A DNA stretch of 63,077 nucleotides, counting the filler, from an uncultured Methanosarcinales archaeon (GTDB lineage: Archaea > Nanobdellota > Nanobdellia > Woesearchaeales > B54-G15), in NCBI GenBank assembly GCA_964519225.1. It is 18 parts of 18 records of this genome, joined end to end, with 100 filler letters (N's around TTAATTAATTAA, not from the genome) between each part and the next. Parts side by side here need not be neighbours in the genome. Positions count along the whole stretch, not along the records: positions 18,762 to 23,913 come from CAZFJK010000035.1; positions 24,014 to 28,841 come from CAZFJK010000036.1; positions 28,942 to 32,991 come from CAZFJK010000037.1; 15 more parts are not named here. The stretch is one strand, 5' to 3'. Below, in pieces: positions 19,645 through 31,207 of the stretch (the first letter of the stretch is position 1; each line of letters starts with the position of its first letter). Position numbers and translations under genes: made by a program. The notes beneath the pieces were generated by a model that saw only the letters and a list, made by a program, of their open reading frames with translations, ran no database searches and had not been told where the DNA came from.

Positions 19645-20762
19645 ACCTTCTTTTCAATTTCTTTTGCTTTTCGCATCACATCAAATACTTTCATTATATG
19701 CCTAGGTGTTATATCCCTTCCGCCCAAGCCGGCTATAAATGAATGAACAGGTAAACAACTCAGCGCTTTAATTTCATTCCAAAGCACGCCGCTACTGCCA
19801 TAAGAAACTGCCCTATCAATCACAGCAATAGCTTTTAGTCCTTCAAAAGCCTTTTTCAGTGCTTCCCTAGGCAAAGGCCTGAAACTCCTCAGCTTAATCA
19901 ACCCAACATCTTTTATCCCAGTTTGTTTCAGAACATGCTTTATCGTTCCGCAAACACCGCCCATAGCAATAATTGCATATTTTGCATTTTCCATGTTATA
20001 TGTTTCAATCAGTCCATAAAAATCCCGTTTAAAATGTCTCCTAAAGTTTCTTTCCTCAATACGCATCACGCCTAATGCTCTTTTCATAGCCTGTTCTTGT
20101 TGCTCTTTAAATTCCATAAAACTATCAGGATATCCTATCGGACCTATTGTAACAGGTTTTCTTGCATCAAGCTTGAATAAAGGCTTGTATTTTCCAACAT
20201 ATCTTCCAACCTTTTCAGTACTATCCAAATGCACCCCCTCATAAACATGAGACAAGCTAAATCCATCAACGCAAACCATAACAGGAAGCAAAACATCTTT
20301 GTTTTCAGCAATTCTATAAGCAAACAAGATAGAATCATAAGCTTCTTGAGCACTTTCACAATAAAGCTGAATCCAACCGCTGTCTCGTTCAGCAATGCTA
20401 TCGCTATGATCGCACCAAATATTTATCGGAGCACTCAAAGCCCTGTTTGCTATTGCCATCACAACAGGCAACCTTAAGCCGCTTGCAATAAACAAGACCT
20501 CATGCATTAAAGCTAAACCTTGTGATGCTGTTGCAGTAAAGACCCTGCTGCCAGCAGCACTTGCACCAACAGCAGCAGAAATTGCACTATGCTCTGATTC
20601 AACAGTAATCATCTCTGCTTTAAGCAAACCATCAGCAACAAAATCAGCAAGCCTTTCAGCTATATGCGTCTGTGGCGTAACAGGATAAATAGGAATAACG
20701 TCTGGCTTTGCAAGTCTGACAGCTTCAGCAATAGCATGGCTCGTTTCAATTACTTTCTCCAT
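19632..20762 (-). CDS. porA: Pyruvate/2-oxoacid:ferredoxin oxidoreductase alpha subunit
   Basis: YPVTPQT, ESEHSA, TATASQG, GLGGRD. Confidence 0.95.
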   Translation of the reverse strand: MEKVIETSHAIAEAVRLAKPDVIPIYPVTPQTHIAERLADFVADGLLKAEMITVESEHSAISAAVGASAAGSRVFTATASQGLALMHEVLFIASGLRLPVVMAIANRALSAPINIWCDHSDSIAERDSGWIQLYCESAQEAYDSILFAYRIAENKDVLLPVMVCVDGFSLSHVYEGVHLDSTEKVGRYVGKYKPLFKLDARKPVTIGPIGYPDSFMEFKEQQEQAMKRALGVMRIEERNFRRHFKRDFYGLIETYNMENAKYAIIAMGGVCGTIKHVLKQTGIKDVGLIKLRSFRPLPREALKKAFEGLKAIAVIDRAVSYGSSGVLWNEIKALSCLPVHSFIAGLGGRDITPRHIMKVFDVMRKAKEIEKKVWLK

Positions 20763-21033
20763 TCTTCTCCCTCACCATCTTAATCGCTTTAACAGGGCAG
20801 TGTCTTGCACAAATCCCACAACCTTTACAATAATCATAATCTATATCAGCACCATCCTTCTTCATCTTAATACAAGCATCAGGACAGTAAAGCCAACAAA
20901 GACCGCACTTTATGCATTTCTCTTTATCCACAATTGGCTTTAATGTTCTCCATTCGCCTGTCTTTGTTTCAGCGCTGCTTCCAGGCTTATCTATAACAGC
21001 TCCAGGCTTGAGCTTCATATTTTTTCCAGGCAT
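20746..21033 (-). CDS. porD: Oxidoreductase delta subunit (2x[4Fe-4S])
   Basis: [26 protein letters not shown]. Confidence 0.93.
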   Translation of the reverse strand: MPGKNMKLKPGAVIDKPGSSAETKTGEWRTLKPIVDKEKCIKCGLCWLYCPDACIKMKKDGADIDYDYCKGCGICARHCPVKAIKMVREKNGESN

Positions 21034-21557
21034 TTTTCATAAGTTAGCTTAATCACCCTCTTATTCTTTTTTTTCATCTCCTCATTTCTAAAACGTTCAT
21101 CAACAGCTTTATACAGATTCTTTAATGAAACAAGTTTAGTATAAGCAGCAAACGCACCAAGCATAGCAGTATTGACAATATCTTTTCCAAATTCTCTGAG
21201 TGCAATCGAAGTAGCATCGATAAAGCAACTCTTCACACCTTTTACGCTAATACGCTGCTCTTTTCTCGCATTCACAAGTACAGCACCATTATGCTTTAAT
21301 CCAGAAAGCGTTCCCTTTACGCACAGCAAACCAGCATCCAACACAACTATATAATCAGGCTCATAAATCTGGCTCCTTATTAAAATCGGTTTCTTAGAAA
21401 TCCTTGTAAAAGACATCGAAGGAGCTCCTCTCCTTTCAACGCCAAACATCGGCATTGCCTGAACATAATAGCCATCATAAAAGGCACCTACAGCAAGCAG
21501 TTGAGCAAAAGTAACTGCTCCTTGTCCTCCCCTACCAACACATCTAATCTCAATCAT
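21015..21557 (-). CDS. porG: Oxidoreductase gamma subunit
   Basis: [25 protein letters not shown]. Confidence 0.93.
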   Translation of the reverse strand: MIEIRCVGRGGQGAVTFAQLLAVGAFYDGYYVQAMPMFGVERRGAPSMSFTRISKKPILIRSQIYEPDYIVVLDAGLLCVKGTLSGLKHNGAVLVNARKEQRISVKGVKSCFIDATSIALREFGKDIVNTAMLGAFAAYTKLVSLKNLYKAVDERFRNEEMKKKNKRVIKLTYEKCLEKI

Positions 21558-21641
21558 ATATACCCCTTTTTAGCATTGAGCTAAAAGCAAAAGAAAGAAG
21601 AAAAGAGGAAGATTTAAAAATTTTCCTTTTTCTATTTTCAT

Positions 21642-23030
21642 ATGCAAATATACAACACTCTAACACGAAAAAAAGAAGAACTAATTCCTCTGCAAAACAA
21701 TCTTTTCAGGATCTATTCCTGTGGACCGACTGTTTATGACTATGTCCATATCGGAAACCTTCGTGCTTTTGTCTGCGCAGACATCCTAAAGCGCTATCTA
21801 ATTTTTAAAGGCTACAAAGTTAAACACGTAATGAACATTACCGACGTAGACGATAAAACAATAAAAAAGGCAAATGGCGACAGGCAAAAACTAAAAGAAA
21901 TCACAGAATTTTATGCAAAAGCATTCTTCGAAGATTTAAAGGAAATGAACATCTTGCCAGCAGATGTTTATCCAAAAGCAACAGAGCATATAAAAGATAT
22001 GGTAAACGTAATAAAAACACTCATGGCAAAAGGTTATGCATACAAAGCAGAAGATGGCAGCATATATTTCTCTGTTGCAAAATTCAAAGACTACGGAAAA
22101 CTATCAAAGATAAAAATAGCAGAGCTGAAAGCAGGCGCAAGAGTGAGCCAAGACGAATATGCAAAGGAATCTGCTGCTGACTTCGCATTATGGAAGGCAT
22201 GGAAGGAAAGCGACGGCGATGTTTTTTGGGAAACAGAGCTCGGTAAAGGAAGACCTGGTTGGCATATTGAATGTAGCGTCATGTCAACTAAGTATTTAGG
22301 TCAGCCGTTTGATATACACACCGGTGGTGTTGATCTGATCTTCCCTCATCATGAAAACGAAATAGCCCAGTCAGAAGCATATGCTGATAAGGAATTCGTT
22401 CGCTACTGGATTCATAACGAATGGCTTTTCGTCGAAGGAAAAAAGATGAGCAAGTCTCTTGGAAACTTCTACACCCTTCGCGATCTAAAAGAAAGAGGAT
22501 ACTCAGGCCAGGAACTAAGGCTCGTTTTTCTCGAAACCCATTACAGACAGCAACTCGACTTTTCCTTAAAACAACTCGATGCTGCAAAATCAACACTTGA
22601 GCGAATAAAAGATTTTACATGGCGCATGAAAAACAACGACAAAGAGGAAGGAAAAGACCTTGCCCAGCCGAGAATCGACGCTTTCATGCGAGAATTCACA
22701 GCTGCGATGGATGATGACCTCGATACGCCAAAAGCATTGGCAGCGTTGCACAGCTTTATCCACGAAATAAACTTGCTCGACTTGAACAGAGAAGAATCCC
22801 AAAAAGTTTATTCTTTAATGAAACAACTCGAAAACATTCTCGGCTTAACATTTGAATTTGAACTTCTTCCGCTTACAGAAGAAGAGCTTGCCCTAATCAA
22901 AGAGCGCGAAAAAGCAAGAAAACAAAAAGACTGGCAAAAAGCAGACGCAATAAGAGAAGAGCTAAAAAAACGCGGCATAGAACTTTTCGACACAAAAGAA
23001 AGAACAAAATGGAGAAAGGTTAAGCAATAA
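21642..23030 (+). CDS. cysS: Cysteine--tRNA ligase
   Basis: CGPTVY, HIGN, GRPGWHIECS, KMSKS. Confidence 0.97.
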   Translation: MQIYNTLTRKKEELIPLQNNLFRIYSCGPTVYDYVHIGNLRAFVCADILKRYLIFKGYKVKHVMNITDVDDKTIKKANGDRQKLKEITEFYAKAFFEDLKEMNILPADVYPKATEHIKDMVNVIKTLMAKGYAYKAEDGSIYFSVAKFKDYGKLSKIKIAELKAGARVSQDEYAKESAADFALWKAWKESDGDVFWETELGKGRPGWHIECSVMSTKYLGQPFDIHTGGVDLIFPHHENEIAQSEAYADKEFVRYWIHNEWLFVEGKKMSKSLGNFYTLRDLKERGYSGQELRLVFLETHYRQQLDFSLKQLDAAKSTLERIKDFTWRMKNNDKEEGKDLAQPRIDAFMREFTAAMDDDLDTPKALAALHSFIHEINLLDLNREESQKVYSLMKQLENILGLTFEFELLPLTEEELALIKEREKARKQKDWQKADAIREELKKRGIELFDTKERTKWRKVKQ

Positions 23031-23031
23031 G

Positions 23032-23670
23032 CTAAAATCTCTGCCCCATTCCATCGGCTAGATGAATAACATCTTCTAAAGAACTCAATCCAAGCGGATG
23101 AATTGCTTGTTTTTCTTCAGGAAATAATGACTCCATACGTGGCTTTCTATTCTTAGGTCTCTTCTTCAGGTGTAAATGCTCTACAATTCCAAGGTGAAGT
23201 TCAAACTTTTTTTCTAGAGAAAGTCCACGAACATAGCGTGCTATAGCAATTGGATCATAATGTTGTCCTATGCGTTCAAAATATACTTTGCGATGAAGTA
23301 TGTGCAAACCTAAAGCAACGTCCCCTGCTGCTTCAACAACGTCTGCAACTAGGTTAGGTGTTATGCCATATTGAGGTTCATCTTTTATAATCGGAAGTAA
23401 ATCAAGTTTATCCTCATGCTGTATATTCGGCATTCTTATATAAAAAATAACAGCGGATCTTAATGGAATCTTTTCCTTTTCACACCGAGTTAAAAACCCT
23501 TGGATTTCTTTTTCATTACAACCAATTCTTTTCAAAGAACCAACAGCAAAGCTTAGTTCATCCCTATTAAAATAACCATCATCATACTTGTCCACATCAT
23601 CATATAGAACATTTCCTCTTCCAGTCTCGTCTGCCCATAGAGGCATTCTATATGCTTCGCCCAGAACCAT
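23032..23670 (-). CDS. Hypothetical protein
   Basis: 212-aa ORF with GGGGGTGA RBS; no motif. Confidence 0.6.
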   Translation of the reverse strand: MVLGEAYRMPLWADETGRGNVLYDDVDKYDDGYFNRDELSFAVGSLKRIGCNEKEIQGFLTRCEKEKIPLRSAVIFYIRMPNIQHEDKLDLLPIIKDEPQYGITPNLVADVVEAAGDVALGLHILHRKVYFERIGQHYDPIAIARYVRGLSLEKKFELHLGIVEHLHLKKRPKNRKPRMESLFPEEKQAIHPLGLSSLEDVIHLADGMGQRF

Positions 23671-23739
23671 TTTGTCACCCCCTATATATTTTCTATATTC
23701 TATATAGAAGAAAGGCGTTGATTTTTAAAGATTTTGAAA

Positions 23740-23913
23740 TTATTTTTCCCATACAATCTTACTAATATTATGACATGCCTTAAGATCCTTTTCTATTTCT
23801 CTAAAATTCTCAGCAATTTCAATTGTTTCAATCTGATCTTTCAAACTCATTCCAGCATCTTTTTTCTTTTTCCAAATCTTTTTATTTAACTCAATCAACT
23901 GATCTGTGCTAAA
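23740..23913 (-). CDS. Partial 3' end, possibly PhoU-like helical domain
   Basis: ...IAENFREIEKDLKACHNISKIVWEK*. Confidence 0.35.
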   Translation of the reverse strand, partial: FSTDQLIELNKKIWKKKKDAGMSLKDQIETIEIAENFREIEKDLKACHNISKIVWEK

Positions 23914-24014
23914 NNNNNNNNNNNNNNNNNNNNNNNNNNNNNNNNNNNNNNNNNNNNTTAATTAATTAANNNNNNNNNNNNNNNNNNNNNNNNNNNNNNN
24001 NNNNNNNNNNNNNA

Positions 24015-25436
24015 ATTTCAAGGAAAAAGAAAATAGAAAAGGAAGATCTGATAGAATTTTATGATTCCCACGGAATTCCTGCTGAGCTCGTTTTAAAGAT
24101 TGCAAAGGAGAAGAACGTTGAAGTTGAAATTCCTGAAGATTTCTATGCTGAATTAGCAGCAAGGCATGCAAAGGCTGAAAAGAAAGAAAAGGAAACCCCA
24201 GATTTTGTTGAAAAGTATCCAAAAACAGTTAAGCTTTACTATGACGATCCCAAGCTTTTCGAGTTTGAGGCAAATATCTTAGGAGTTGAAAATGGCTATG
24301 TTATCTTAGACAAAACTGCATTCTATCCTGAAAGCGGTGGGCAAGACAACGATACTGGATACTTTATCTTCAACGGCTCAAAGATAGAAATTGTTGATGT
24401 TGTCGAAGAAAACGGTGTTGTATTGCATAAAGTGAAAAAAACTGGTGGAATTAAAGCTAATGCTGTTGTTAAAGGAGTTATAGACAAAAAGAGAAGACTG
24501 AGGCATATGAGACATCACTCAGCAACCCACATTCTGCTCTATGCCTTACAAAACGTTTTAGGCAAACACATATGGCAAGCAGGAGCAAAGAAGGAGTGGG
24601 ACAAAGCGAGACTTGATGTTACGCATTTCAAAAAACCAAGTGATAAGGAAATAGAAAGAATTGAAAAAGTTGCAAATGAGGAAGTCATGGCTAATAAACC
24701 AATAAAATGGTTCTGGATGGATAGAATTGAGGCTGAGAAGAAATACGGTTTTAGGCTTTATCAGGGTGGCGTTCCTCCAGGTAGGGAAATTAGAATTGTT
24801 AAGGTGGGCGATGACGTACAAGCTTGCGGAGGCACGCATTGCAGCTCAACTGGCGAAATTGGAGTGATTAAGATTTTGAGGGTTGAGTCAATACAAGATG
24901 GGGTAATAAGATTCGAGTTTGCTGCTGGAGAAGCAGCTTTAGAATATATGGACAGAATTGAGGGGTATCTGAAAGAATCAAGCAAAACTTTAAGAGTTGA
25001 ACCCTCAATGCTTCCAAAAACTGTAAATAGATTCTTTGAAGAGTGGAAAGAGCAGCAAAAGGAAATAGAAAAGCTTAAGGAAGAGATAGCAAGCTTAAAG
25101 GCTGAAATGCTAGAAAAAGAGGCTGAAGAATACAATTCCATAAAAGTTGTCGCCGAGTTAATCGACGCTGACATGCAGGAAATGATTAAGCTTGGAAATG
25201 CATTAGCTAAGCGTGGCTTGGTTGGTTGCTTAATGAGTGCGAGCGGCAAAGTCAGTGTTGTTGCATTTAGCGGGACTGAGATAGATGCAAGAGATTTGAT
25301 AAAAGAGATAGGGAAGCGTATAAAGGGAAGTGGTGGGGGCAGAAAGGACTTAGCCCAAGGTGCTGGGCAAAAGAGGTTAACAAAAGATGAATTGATGAAC
25401 GTAATTTTCGCATATCTATCAAAGATCAAGGCATGA
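24015..25436 (+). CDS. alaS: Alanine--tRNA ligase, C-terminal part (5' partial)
   Basis: Frame open from the contig start: YDSHGIP, TAFYPESGGQ, HSATH, CGGTH, GSGGGRKDLAQG. Confidence 0.95.
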   Translation: MSRKKKIEKEDLIEFYDSHGIPAELVLKIAKEKNVEVEIPEDFYAELAARHAKAEKKEKETPDFVEKYPKTVKLYYDDPKLFEFEANILGVENGYVILDKTAFYPESGGQDNDTGYFIFNGSKIEIVDVVEENGVVLHKVKKTGGIKANAVVKGVIDKKRRLRHMRHHSATHILLYALQNVLGKHIWQAGAKKEWDKARLDVTHFKKPSDKEIERIEKVANEEVMANKPIKWFWMDRIEAEKKYGFRLYQGGVPPGREIRIVKVGDDVQACGGTHCSSTGEIGVIKILRVESIQDGVIRFEFAAGEAALEYMDRIEGYLKESSKTLRVEPSMLPKTVNRFFEEWKEQQKEIEKLKEEIASLKAEMLEKEAEEYNSIKVVAELIDADMQEMIKLGNALAKRGLVGCLMSASGKVSVVAFSGTEIDARDLIKEIGKRIKGSGGGRKDLAQGAGQKRLTKDELMNVIFAYLSKIKA

Positions 25437-26182
25437 TTAAAGCTTTCATTGTTAAAGGCATACCACTGATAAAAAAGGGCGATGACTTAGCCAGCATAAT
25501 TTCCTCAAGATTTGAAATTGAAAACAAAGACATCGTCGTTATATGCTCAACTGTGGTTTCAAAAGCTGAAGGGAGGATTAAAGATTTAAATGATTATATT
25601 CCGAGCGAGAAGGCTTTGAACATTGCAAAAAGACTTGGAAAGGATGCAAGAATAATCCAAGCAGTTTTAGATGAGAGCGATGAAGTGCTAATCGATTATC
25701 CAATTTTGCTTGTTAAGGCAAAGTTCGGAAACATCTGCATCAATGCAGGTATAGATGCGTCAAATGTTGAAAAAGGAAAGATCCTATTACCGCCACTAAA
25801 TCCTCAAAGAAGTGCAGAAAAAATTAGAAAAAGGATTGAGGAAATTACCGGAAAGAAAGTTGGTGTAATAATCACCGACACAAATGGTAGATGCTTTAGA
25901 AGGGGTGTTGTAGGCTTTGCAATTGGCGTTTCAGGAGTAAAAGCTATGAAGAATTGGATTGGCAAGAAGGATCTTTATGGCAATGTATTGGAAATAACGG
26001 TTGAATGTGTTGCAGACGAAATTGCCGCATTTGCAAATTTGTTGATGGGCGAGGGCGGAGATGGAACGCCAGTAGTCATAATCCGTGGATTAGACTTAAT
26101 TGGTGATGGAAGCGTTGACGAAATTTATAGAAGCGAAGATGAGGATGTAATACGTAAAGCTATAAAATGCAAAGATGAATAG
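25433..26182 (+). CDS. cofE: Coenzyme F420-0:L-glutamate ligase
   Basis: IPLIKKGDDL, VSKAEG, NAGIDASN, ITDTNGR, DLYG, MGEG..GTPVVIIRG. Confidence 0.95.
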   Translation: MIKAFIVKGIPLIKKGDDLASIISSRFEIENKDIVVICSTVVSKAEGRIKDLNDYIPSEKALNIAKRLGKDARIIQAVLDESDEVLIDYPILLVKAKFGNICINAGIDASNVEKGKILLPPLNPQRSAEKIRKRIEEITGKKVGVIITDTNGRCFRRGVVGFAIGVSGVKAMKNWIGKKDLYGNVLEITVECVADEIAAFANLLMGEGGDGTPVVIIRGLDLIGDGSVDEIYRSEDEDVIRKAIKCKDE

Positions 26183-27242
26183 CATCTTAGTTATTGGCAA
26201 CAACGTAAGAAACGTTGTTCAATCAGCAAGAAAGGCTGGATACAAGGTTTTAGCATTGACAAACTACTTTGATGCCGATCTTTTTTTGTATGCTGAAAGA
26301 GTTGAAAAAATTAAATCTGAAAGAATAAGGAAACAGGCAACAAGATTGGCAGAGGAAAGCGGCGCTTACGTTGTTCTAACATCAGGCTTTGAAGATTTAA
26401 AGTTAAATGCACCAATACTCGGATCAGAACATAAAGCTATTAAAGAAGTCGTTGATAAACTAAGGTTTTACAAAAGGCTTGAAAATGCGGGAATTCCCTT
26501 TCCTGAGTTAGTGTCTAAAAATGAAGAAGACTTCAAGAAGATTATTGCAAAACCAAGAAAGGGTGGAGGCGGAGAGGAAATCCATTTTTTAAATGAACTA
26601 AATAAAGCTGAAAAAAGTGATTATATTTATCAAAGGTACATTGATGGAATTCCTTGCTCTGTCTCTTTAATTGTATCTGAAAATTATGTTGTGCCCATAG
26701 CGATAAACAAAATGTTTGTTGGCTGGAAAGAAATGAACGCTGATGGTTTTAGATACTGCGGAAATTTAACACCTTTCATTGTTGATAGCGAAGAAAAAAA
26801 CGAGCTTATAAAAATAGCAGTAGAGACTGCTTCTTTATTCAATTTATTGGGTTCTGTAGGTGTAGATTTTATTTTGGCAGACAAACCATATGTTCTTGAA
26901 TTGAATCCAAGATTTCAGGGTTCCTTAGACAGCATAGAGTGGAGTTGCGATACTAATTTATTCAAATTGCATGTAAAAGGTTTTTTTGGTGAAAAAGTTG
27001 AGATACCGAAATTTTACAGACTTGCAGCAAGAGCAATTTTATTTGCAGATAAAAAAGTTGATATACGATGCTCACCAATTGGAAATCCCTTTTTTGCCGA
27101 CATTCCGTTTGTCAATCAAACTTATGAGAGTAAAGACCCAGTAGTATCTATTTTATCCGCAGATAAAAGTGAAAGCGAAGTAATCAACAAAATAATAGAG
27201 AGGAAAAAGATTTTTTACAACTTACAAAACTGGAATTTGTGA
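26175..27242 (+). CDS. ATP-grasp domain protein (COG2232-like)
   Basis: KPRKGGGG, QRYIDG, FRYCGN, LELNPRFQGS. Confidence 0.88.
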   Translation: MNSILVIGNNVRNVVQSARKAGYKVLALTNYFDADLFLYAERVEKIKSERIRKQATRLAEESGAYVVLTSGFEDLKLNAPILGSEHKAIKEVVDKLRFYKRLENAGIPFPELVSKNEEDFKKIIAKPRKGGGGEEIHFLNELNKAEKSDYIYQRYIDGIPCSVSLIVSENYVVPIAINKMFVGWKEMNADGFRYCGNLTPFIVDSEEKNELIKIAVETASLFNLLGSVGVDFILADKPYVLELNPRFQGSLDSIEWSCDTNLFKLHVKGFFGEKVEIPKFYRLAARAILFADKKVDIRCSPIGNPFFADIPFVNQTYESKDPVVSILSADKSESEVINKIIERKKIFYNLQNWNL

Positions 27243-28234
27243 TGAAGAAGCTTACATTCAAAGAACTGGCTAAAAGGATTCTTGAGGAGGAAAAACGTCC
27301 TTTAGCAGTAAAAGAAATTTGGGAAATTGCTGTAAAGAAAGGATATGACAAACTTTGCGATACTCAGGGTAAAACACCTTGGAGAGCCATAGGCGCACAA
27401 TTGCATATTGATGTAAAAGACAATCCTAACTCGCCATTCATTAAGATATATTCAAATCCAAGAAAGTTTTTCTTAAAAAATTTAGTTTCTCAAGAGGAAT
27501 TAAGTAAAATAGAGGAAAGAGAGATAAGTAAAATTGAAATACCTAGGAGAGTGAGATATTCTGAAAGGGAACTGCATCCATTTTTAACTTATTTTGCCTA
27601 TACATACATGGGAATATACACAANNNNNNNNNNNNNNNNNNNNNNNNNNNNNNNNNNNNNNNNNNNNNNNNNNNNNNNNNNNNNNNNNNNNNNNNNNNNN
27701 NNNNNNNNNNNNNNNNNNNNNNNATATACACAATGGTTACATCCAGACATGGTTGGAGTGTATTTTCCAATTGAAGAATGGAGAAGCGAAGTTACAGATT
27801 TTGCCAAAGAAATAGGACATCCATCAATAAAGCTATACTCATTTGAAATAAAGAGAGAATTGGGGTTCCACAATCTTAGAGAAGCCTTCTTTCAAGCAGT
27901 TTCTAATTCTTCTTGGGCTAATGAAGGTTACTTAGCTGCTGCAAACATAGATGAGAGTGATGAACTGCTTTCAGAGCTAAAAAGGCTGTCCACTTCATTT
28001 GGAATAGGTATTATAAGAATCGATGTAAAAGACCCCGATTCTTCAGAAATTGTCTTTCCAGCAAAGCAAAAAGAACTAGATTGGGATACTATAAACAAAC
28101 TTGCATATGAAAACCCAGATTTCAGGGATTTTTTAAAACGAGTGAAGATAGACTTATCAAGCAAGGAAATTAGAAAGGAAAAATACGATAAAGTTTTTGA
28201 TGTAAATGATCTAGTTAGAATGATCAAAAAGTAA
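27239..28234 (+). CDS. HARE-HTH + restriction-endonuclease-like protein (COG2958/HrgA-like); spans a 100-N gap
   Basis: GKTPWRAI HARE-HTH; ERELHP, WLHPDMVGV, SFEIK, FQAVSNSSWANEGYL. Confidence 0.85.
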   Translation: MMKKLTFKELAKRILEEEKRPLAVKEIWEIAVKKGYDKLCDTQGKTPWRAIGAQLHIDVKDNPNSPFIKIYSNPRKFFLKNLVSQEELSKIEEREISKIEIPRRVRYSERELHPFLTYFAYTYMGIYTXXXXXXXXXXXXXXXXXXXXXXXXXXXXXXXXXXYTQWLHPDMVGVYFPIEEWRSEVTDFAKEIGHPSIKLYSFEIKRELGFHNLREAFFQAVSNSSWANEGYLAAANIDESDELLSELKRLSTSFGIGIIRIDVKDPDSSEIVFPAKQKELDWDTINKLAYENPDFRDFLKRVKIDLSSKEIRKEKYDKVFDVNDLVRMIKK

Positions 28235-28275
28235 TTAGAAAGGGTTTTAAGGAAAGTCCTTAGAAAAACGAAAGG

Positions 28276-28841
28276 GTGATAAAAATGGAGAATATATTGA
28301 AGAAGATTACAGATTATAAATGGGAACTGCCTAAAGGTTACAAGCCAGGAATGAGAGTTCCCGCTTATTTTTACATAAGCAGAAAGCTCATGAGTATCTT
28401 AGAAAAGGATGCAGTAGAGCAGGCAGCAAACGTTGCAACAATGCCTGGAATTCAGAAAGCATCCTTAGTCATGCCAGATGTTCACGTTGGCTATGGTTTT
28501 CCAATCGGTGGTGTTGCTGCTTTTGATCTAAATAACGGTGTTGTTTCACCAGGTGGTGTTGGTTTTGACATCAACTGTGGTGTAAGGCTTTTGAGGAGCA
28601 ATTTAAAGGTTGATGAAGTTAAAAGCAGAATTAAAGAGCTGATAGATGCATTATTTGTAGCAGTGCCATCTGGGGTTGGAAGTGAAGGAAGATTAAAAGT
28701 CACAGATAAAGAATTGGACGAAATTTTTGTTGAAGGAGCTAGATGGGCTATAGAAAATGGATACGGAAACGAAGAAGACTTAAAGCACTGCGAAGAAAAT
28801 GGAGCCTTGGAGGGGGGAAGAGGAGACGTTGTTAGTAAGAA
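28276..28841 (+). CDS. rtcB: RNA-splicing ligase RtcB (3' partial)
   Basis: MPDVHVGYGFPIGGV, GGVGFDINCGVR. Confidence 0.95.
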
Positions 28842-28941
28842 NNNNNNNNNNNNNNNNNNNNNNNNNNNNNNNNNNNNNNNNNNNNTTAATTAATTAANNN
28901 NNNNNNNNNNNNNNNNNNNNNNNNNNNNNNNNNNNNNNNNN

Positions 28942-29734
28942 AGGCATAGATGAAGGTTTAGATTATGAACCTGAGAAGGCTGAGAAGATTGCCAAGGAAT
29001 TAATCGACATGGCTATTGAGAATTTCAAACAGAGAGATAAGACAAAGAGCTATAAGATCGACAAAAAGCAGAAGATAGTCGTAGGTTTCTCTCCAGAGGC
29101 GATTCTGAATGCCTTAAATGGTGATTTGAATGTATTACTTGAGGCAATAAAGAAGGGAGACATCAAAGGTGTTGTGGCATTGGTAAGCTGCACAACATTG
29201 AAGAATGGCCCTCATGACAGCAACACCATTACGATTGCTAAAGAGCTTATAAAGAAGGATATTTTGGTTCTATCGCTGGGTTGTGGAAACGCTGCCTTAC
29301 AAGTTGCTGGCTTGACATCGTTGGATGCAATAGAGTTGGCTGGAGAGAAGCTTAAAGCTGTATGTAAAGCCTTGAACATCCCACCAGTCTTGAGCTTTGG
29401 AACCTGCACAGACACTGGAAGGTGTGCTTACCTTGTAAGACTGATTGCCGATGCTTTAAATGTAGACATCCCACAGTTGCCAGTTGCTGTTACTGCCCCC
29501 GAATATATGGAGCAGAAGGCAACAATTGATGCTGTGTTTGCAGTAGCCTACGGATTGACTACGCATGTATCGCCAATTCCACCGATAACTGGCAGTGATA
29601 AAGCTGTCAAGCTGTTTACCGAGGACATTGAAGCATTGACGGGTGGAAAAGTAATTGTTGAAGAAAACCCAGTTAAAGCTGCTGAACTGCTTGAGAAAGT
29701 GATAGTTGAGAAGAGGCAAAAGCTGGGAATTTAA
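28942..29734 (+). CDS. cooS: Anaerobic Ni,Fe carbon monoxide dehydrogenase CooS, C-terminal part
   Basis: GFSPE, VALVSC, LGCG, IPPVLSFGTCTDTGR, APEYMEQKA. Confidence 0.92.
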
Positions 29735-29755
29735 TTTTTTTATTTAAATAATGAT

Positions 29756-30130
29756 TTAAATAATGCTTGAAACTTCTATAAAATTCATTATTTGCTTAAA
29801 ACAGGCATCCATTCTATTTTGAATTATTTTTTCCAACTTTTTTGGAGGTACGGGAACAAAAATGTATTTGTAACCCCCTTTTCTTAAAATTCTCACTTCT
29901 CTTCTGACAAAACCTTTTTCAACCAAATTTTTAAGACTTTTATAAATTGTACTCCTGTCTTTTCCGATAACATCAGCTAGAGCTTCAACAGTTGCACAAC
30001 CAGAGTTGCACAATTCAGCATAGATTATGATATCAAGGGCACTCATGCCTAAGATGTGCCTCAAAAACCCTCTAACTTCTGAAGGGACCTCAATTCTTTT
30101 GTTTTGGCAGTTCTCAGGGTTTACTACCAT
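29756..30130 (-). CDS. TrmB-like HTH transcriptional regulator
   Basis: TVEALAD..GKDRSTIYKSL..LVEKGFV...GGYKYIF. Confidence 0.85.
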   Translation of the reverse strand: MVVNPENCQNKRIEVPSEVRGFLRHILGMSALDIIIYAELCNSGCATVEALADVIGKDRSTIYKSLKNLVEKGFVRREVRILRKGGYKYIFVPVPPKKLEKIIQNRMDACFKQIMNFIEVSSII

Positions 30131-30277
30131 TTTACGCCCTTTGACTATACAATACTTAAATATTTCGAAATGTTTTTCTAAAATTTTGAAATATTAATTT
30201 TTTCGAAAAGTATTTCAAAAAATTTAAATTTTAATAAAATCGAAAGGCATATATCCCCATTTCGAAATGATGCGTCA

Positions 30278-31207
30278 ATGAGAATAGATTTCTTGTGCAC
30301 ATTCATAACTGTGGTTGAAAAAGGTAGCATTAAGAAGGCTGCTGAAGAATTAGGGATGTCTGTGAGCTCAGTTAGTTTTCAGATTAATGCTGTCGAAAAA
30401 TATTATGGAGCGAAATTGTTGAAAAGGAGTGCTACTGGCGTAACGTTGACAGAAGAAGGTAAAATTGCCCTTAAAAACATGAAATTGATAACTGAAAGTA
30501 TAGAACAAACAAGAAATTTGATACTTAGGAGTAAAAATAAGATTACAATTGCATCGGGAATGGTTGGAATTCCAGTTTTATCACACTTGCAAACACTTTT
30601 GAAAGCAAAATATCCAGAATTGGAGGTATATACTGTGTTGAGAGGAGCACATTTATGCTATAAGATGGTTAAAGAAGGTACAGCTGATTTTGCAATAGTA
30701 GGGGATTTGCCAGAAGATTTCGATAAAGATTATTATCTCGCGGAAGTTTTAGGAATTGATAAACTCGTATTAATTGTACCTCCAAATCATGAGTTGTGTA
30801 AAAAGGATAAGGTAAGAATAGAAGATTTAAAGGAGCAATCACTTGTGTGTTTAACAAAAGATTATGGTATTAGAACTTCTATTGAAAAAGCCTTAATAAA
30901 AAGTGGTTACAATATTGATGAATGCACCTATGTTGACGACTTCTTTACACAACTTCATCTGGTGTCAAGCGAGAACAAAGTTGCTATAACATCTCTATTT
31001 GCTTGTTTAAAGGCTTACGAAGTTGGATTGATAAAAGTTGTAGAAATCGAAGACTTTGACAGCGAGAGAAGCATATACTTTGTTACATCGAGAATGGTGC
31101 TTGAGAGTGAGAGGATGAAAGAGTATGCAGATTTCATCATTAACAATGCAAGGAAATTTTATGAGGATTACATGAATAGGATAACGAAAATGGTTAAAAA
31201 ATGCTAA
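30278..31207 (+). CDS. LysR-family transcriptional regulator
   Basis: FITVVEKGSIKKAAEEL..SVSSVSFQI..VEKYYG..LLKRS..GVTLTEEG plus substrate-binding domain. Confidence 0.93.
   Translation: MRIDFLCTFITVVEKGSIKKAAEELGMSVSSVSFQINAVEKYYGAKLLKRSATGVTLTEEGKIALKNMKLITESIEQTRNLILRSKNKITIASGMVGIPVLSHLQTLLKAKYPELEVYTVLRGAHLCYKMVKEGTADFAIVGDLPEDFDKDYYLAEVLGIDKLVLIVPPNHELCKKDKVRIEDLKEQSLVCLTKDYGIRTSIEKALIKSGYNIDECTYVDDFFTQLHLVSSENKVAITSLFACLKAYEVGLIKVVEIEDFDSERSIYFVTSRMVLESERMKEYADFIINNARKFYEDYMNRITKMVKKC

Noticed and set aside
24761..25429. Long antisense ORFs (e.g. 24761-25429, 2706-3368, 15482-15946)
   Set aside because: They lie opposite well-supported conserved genes and have no motifs of their own.
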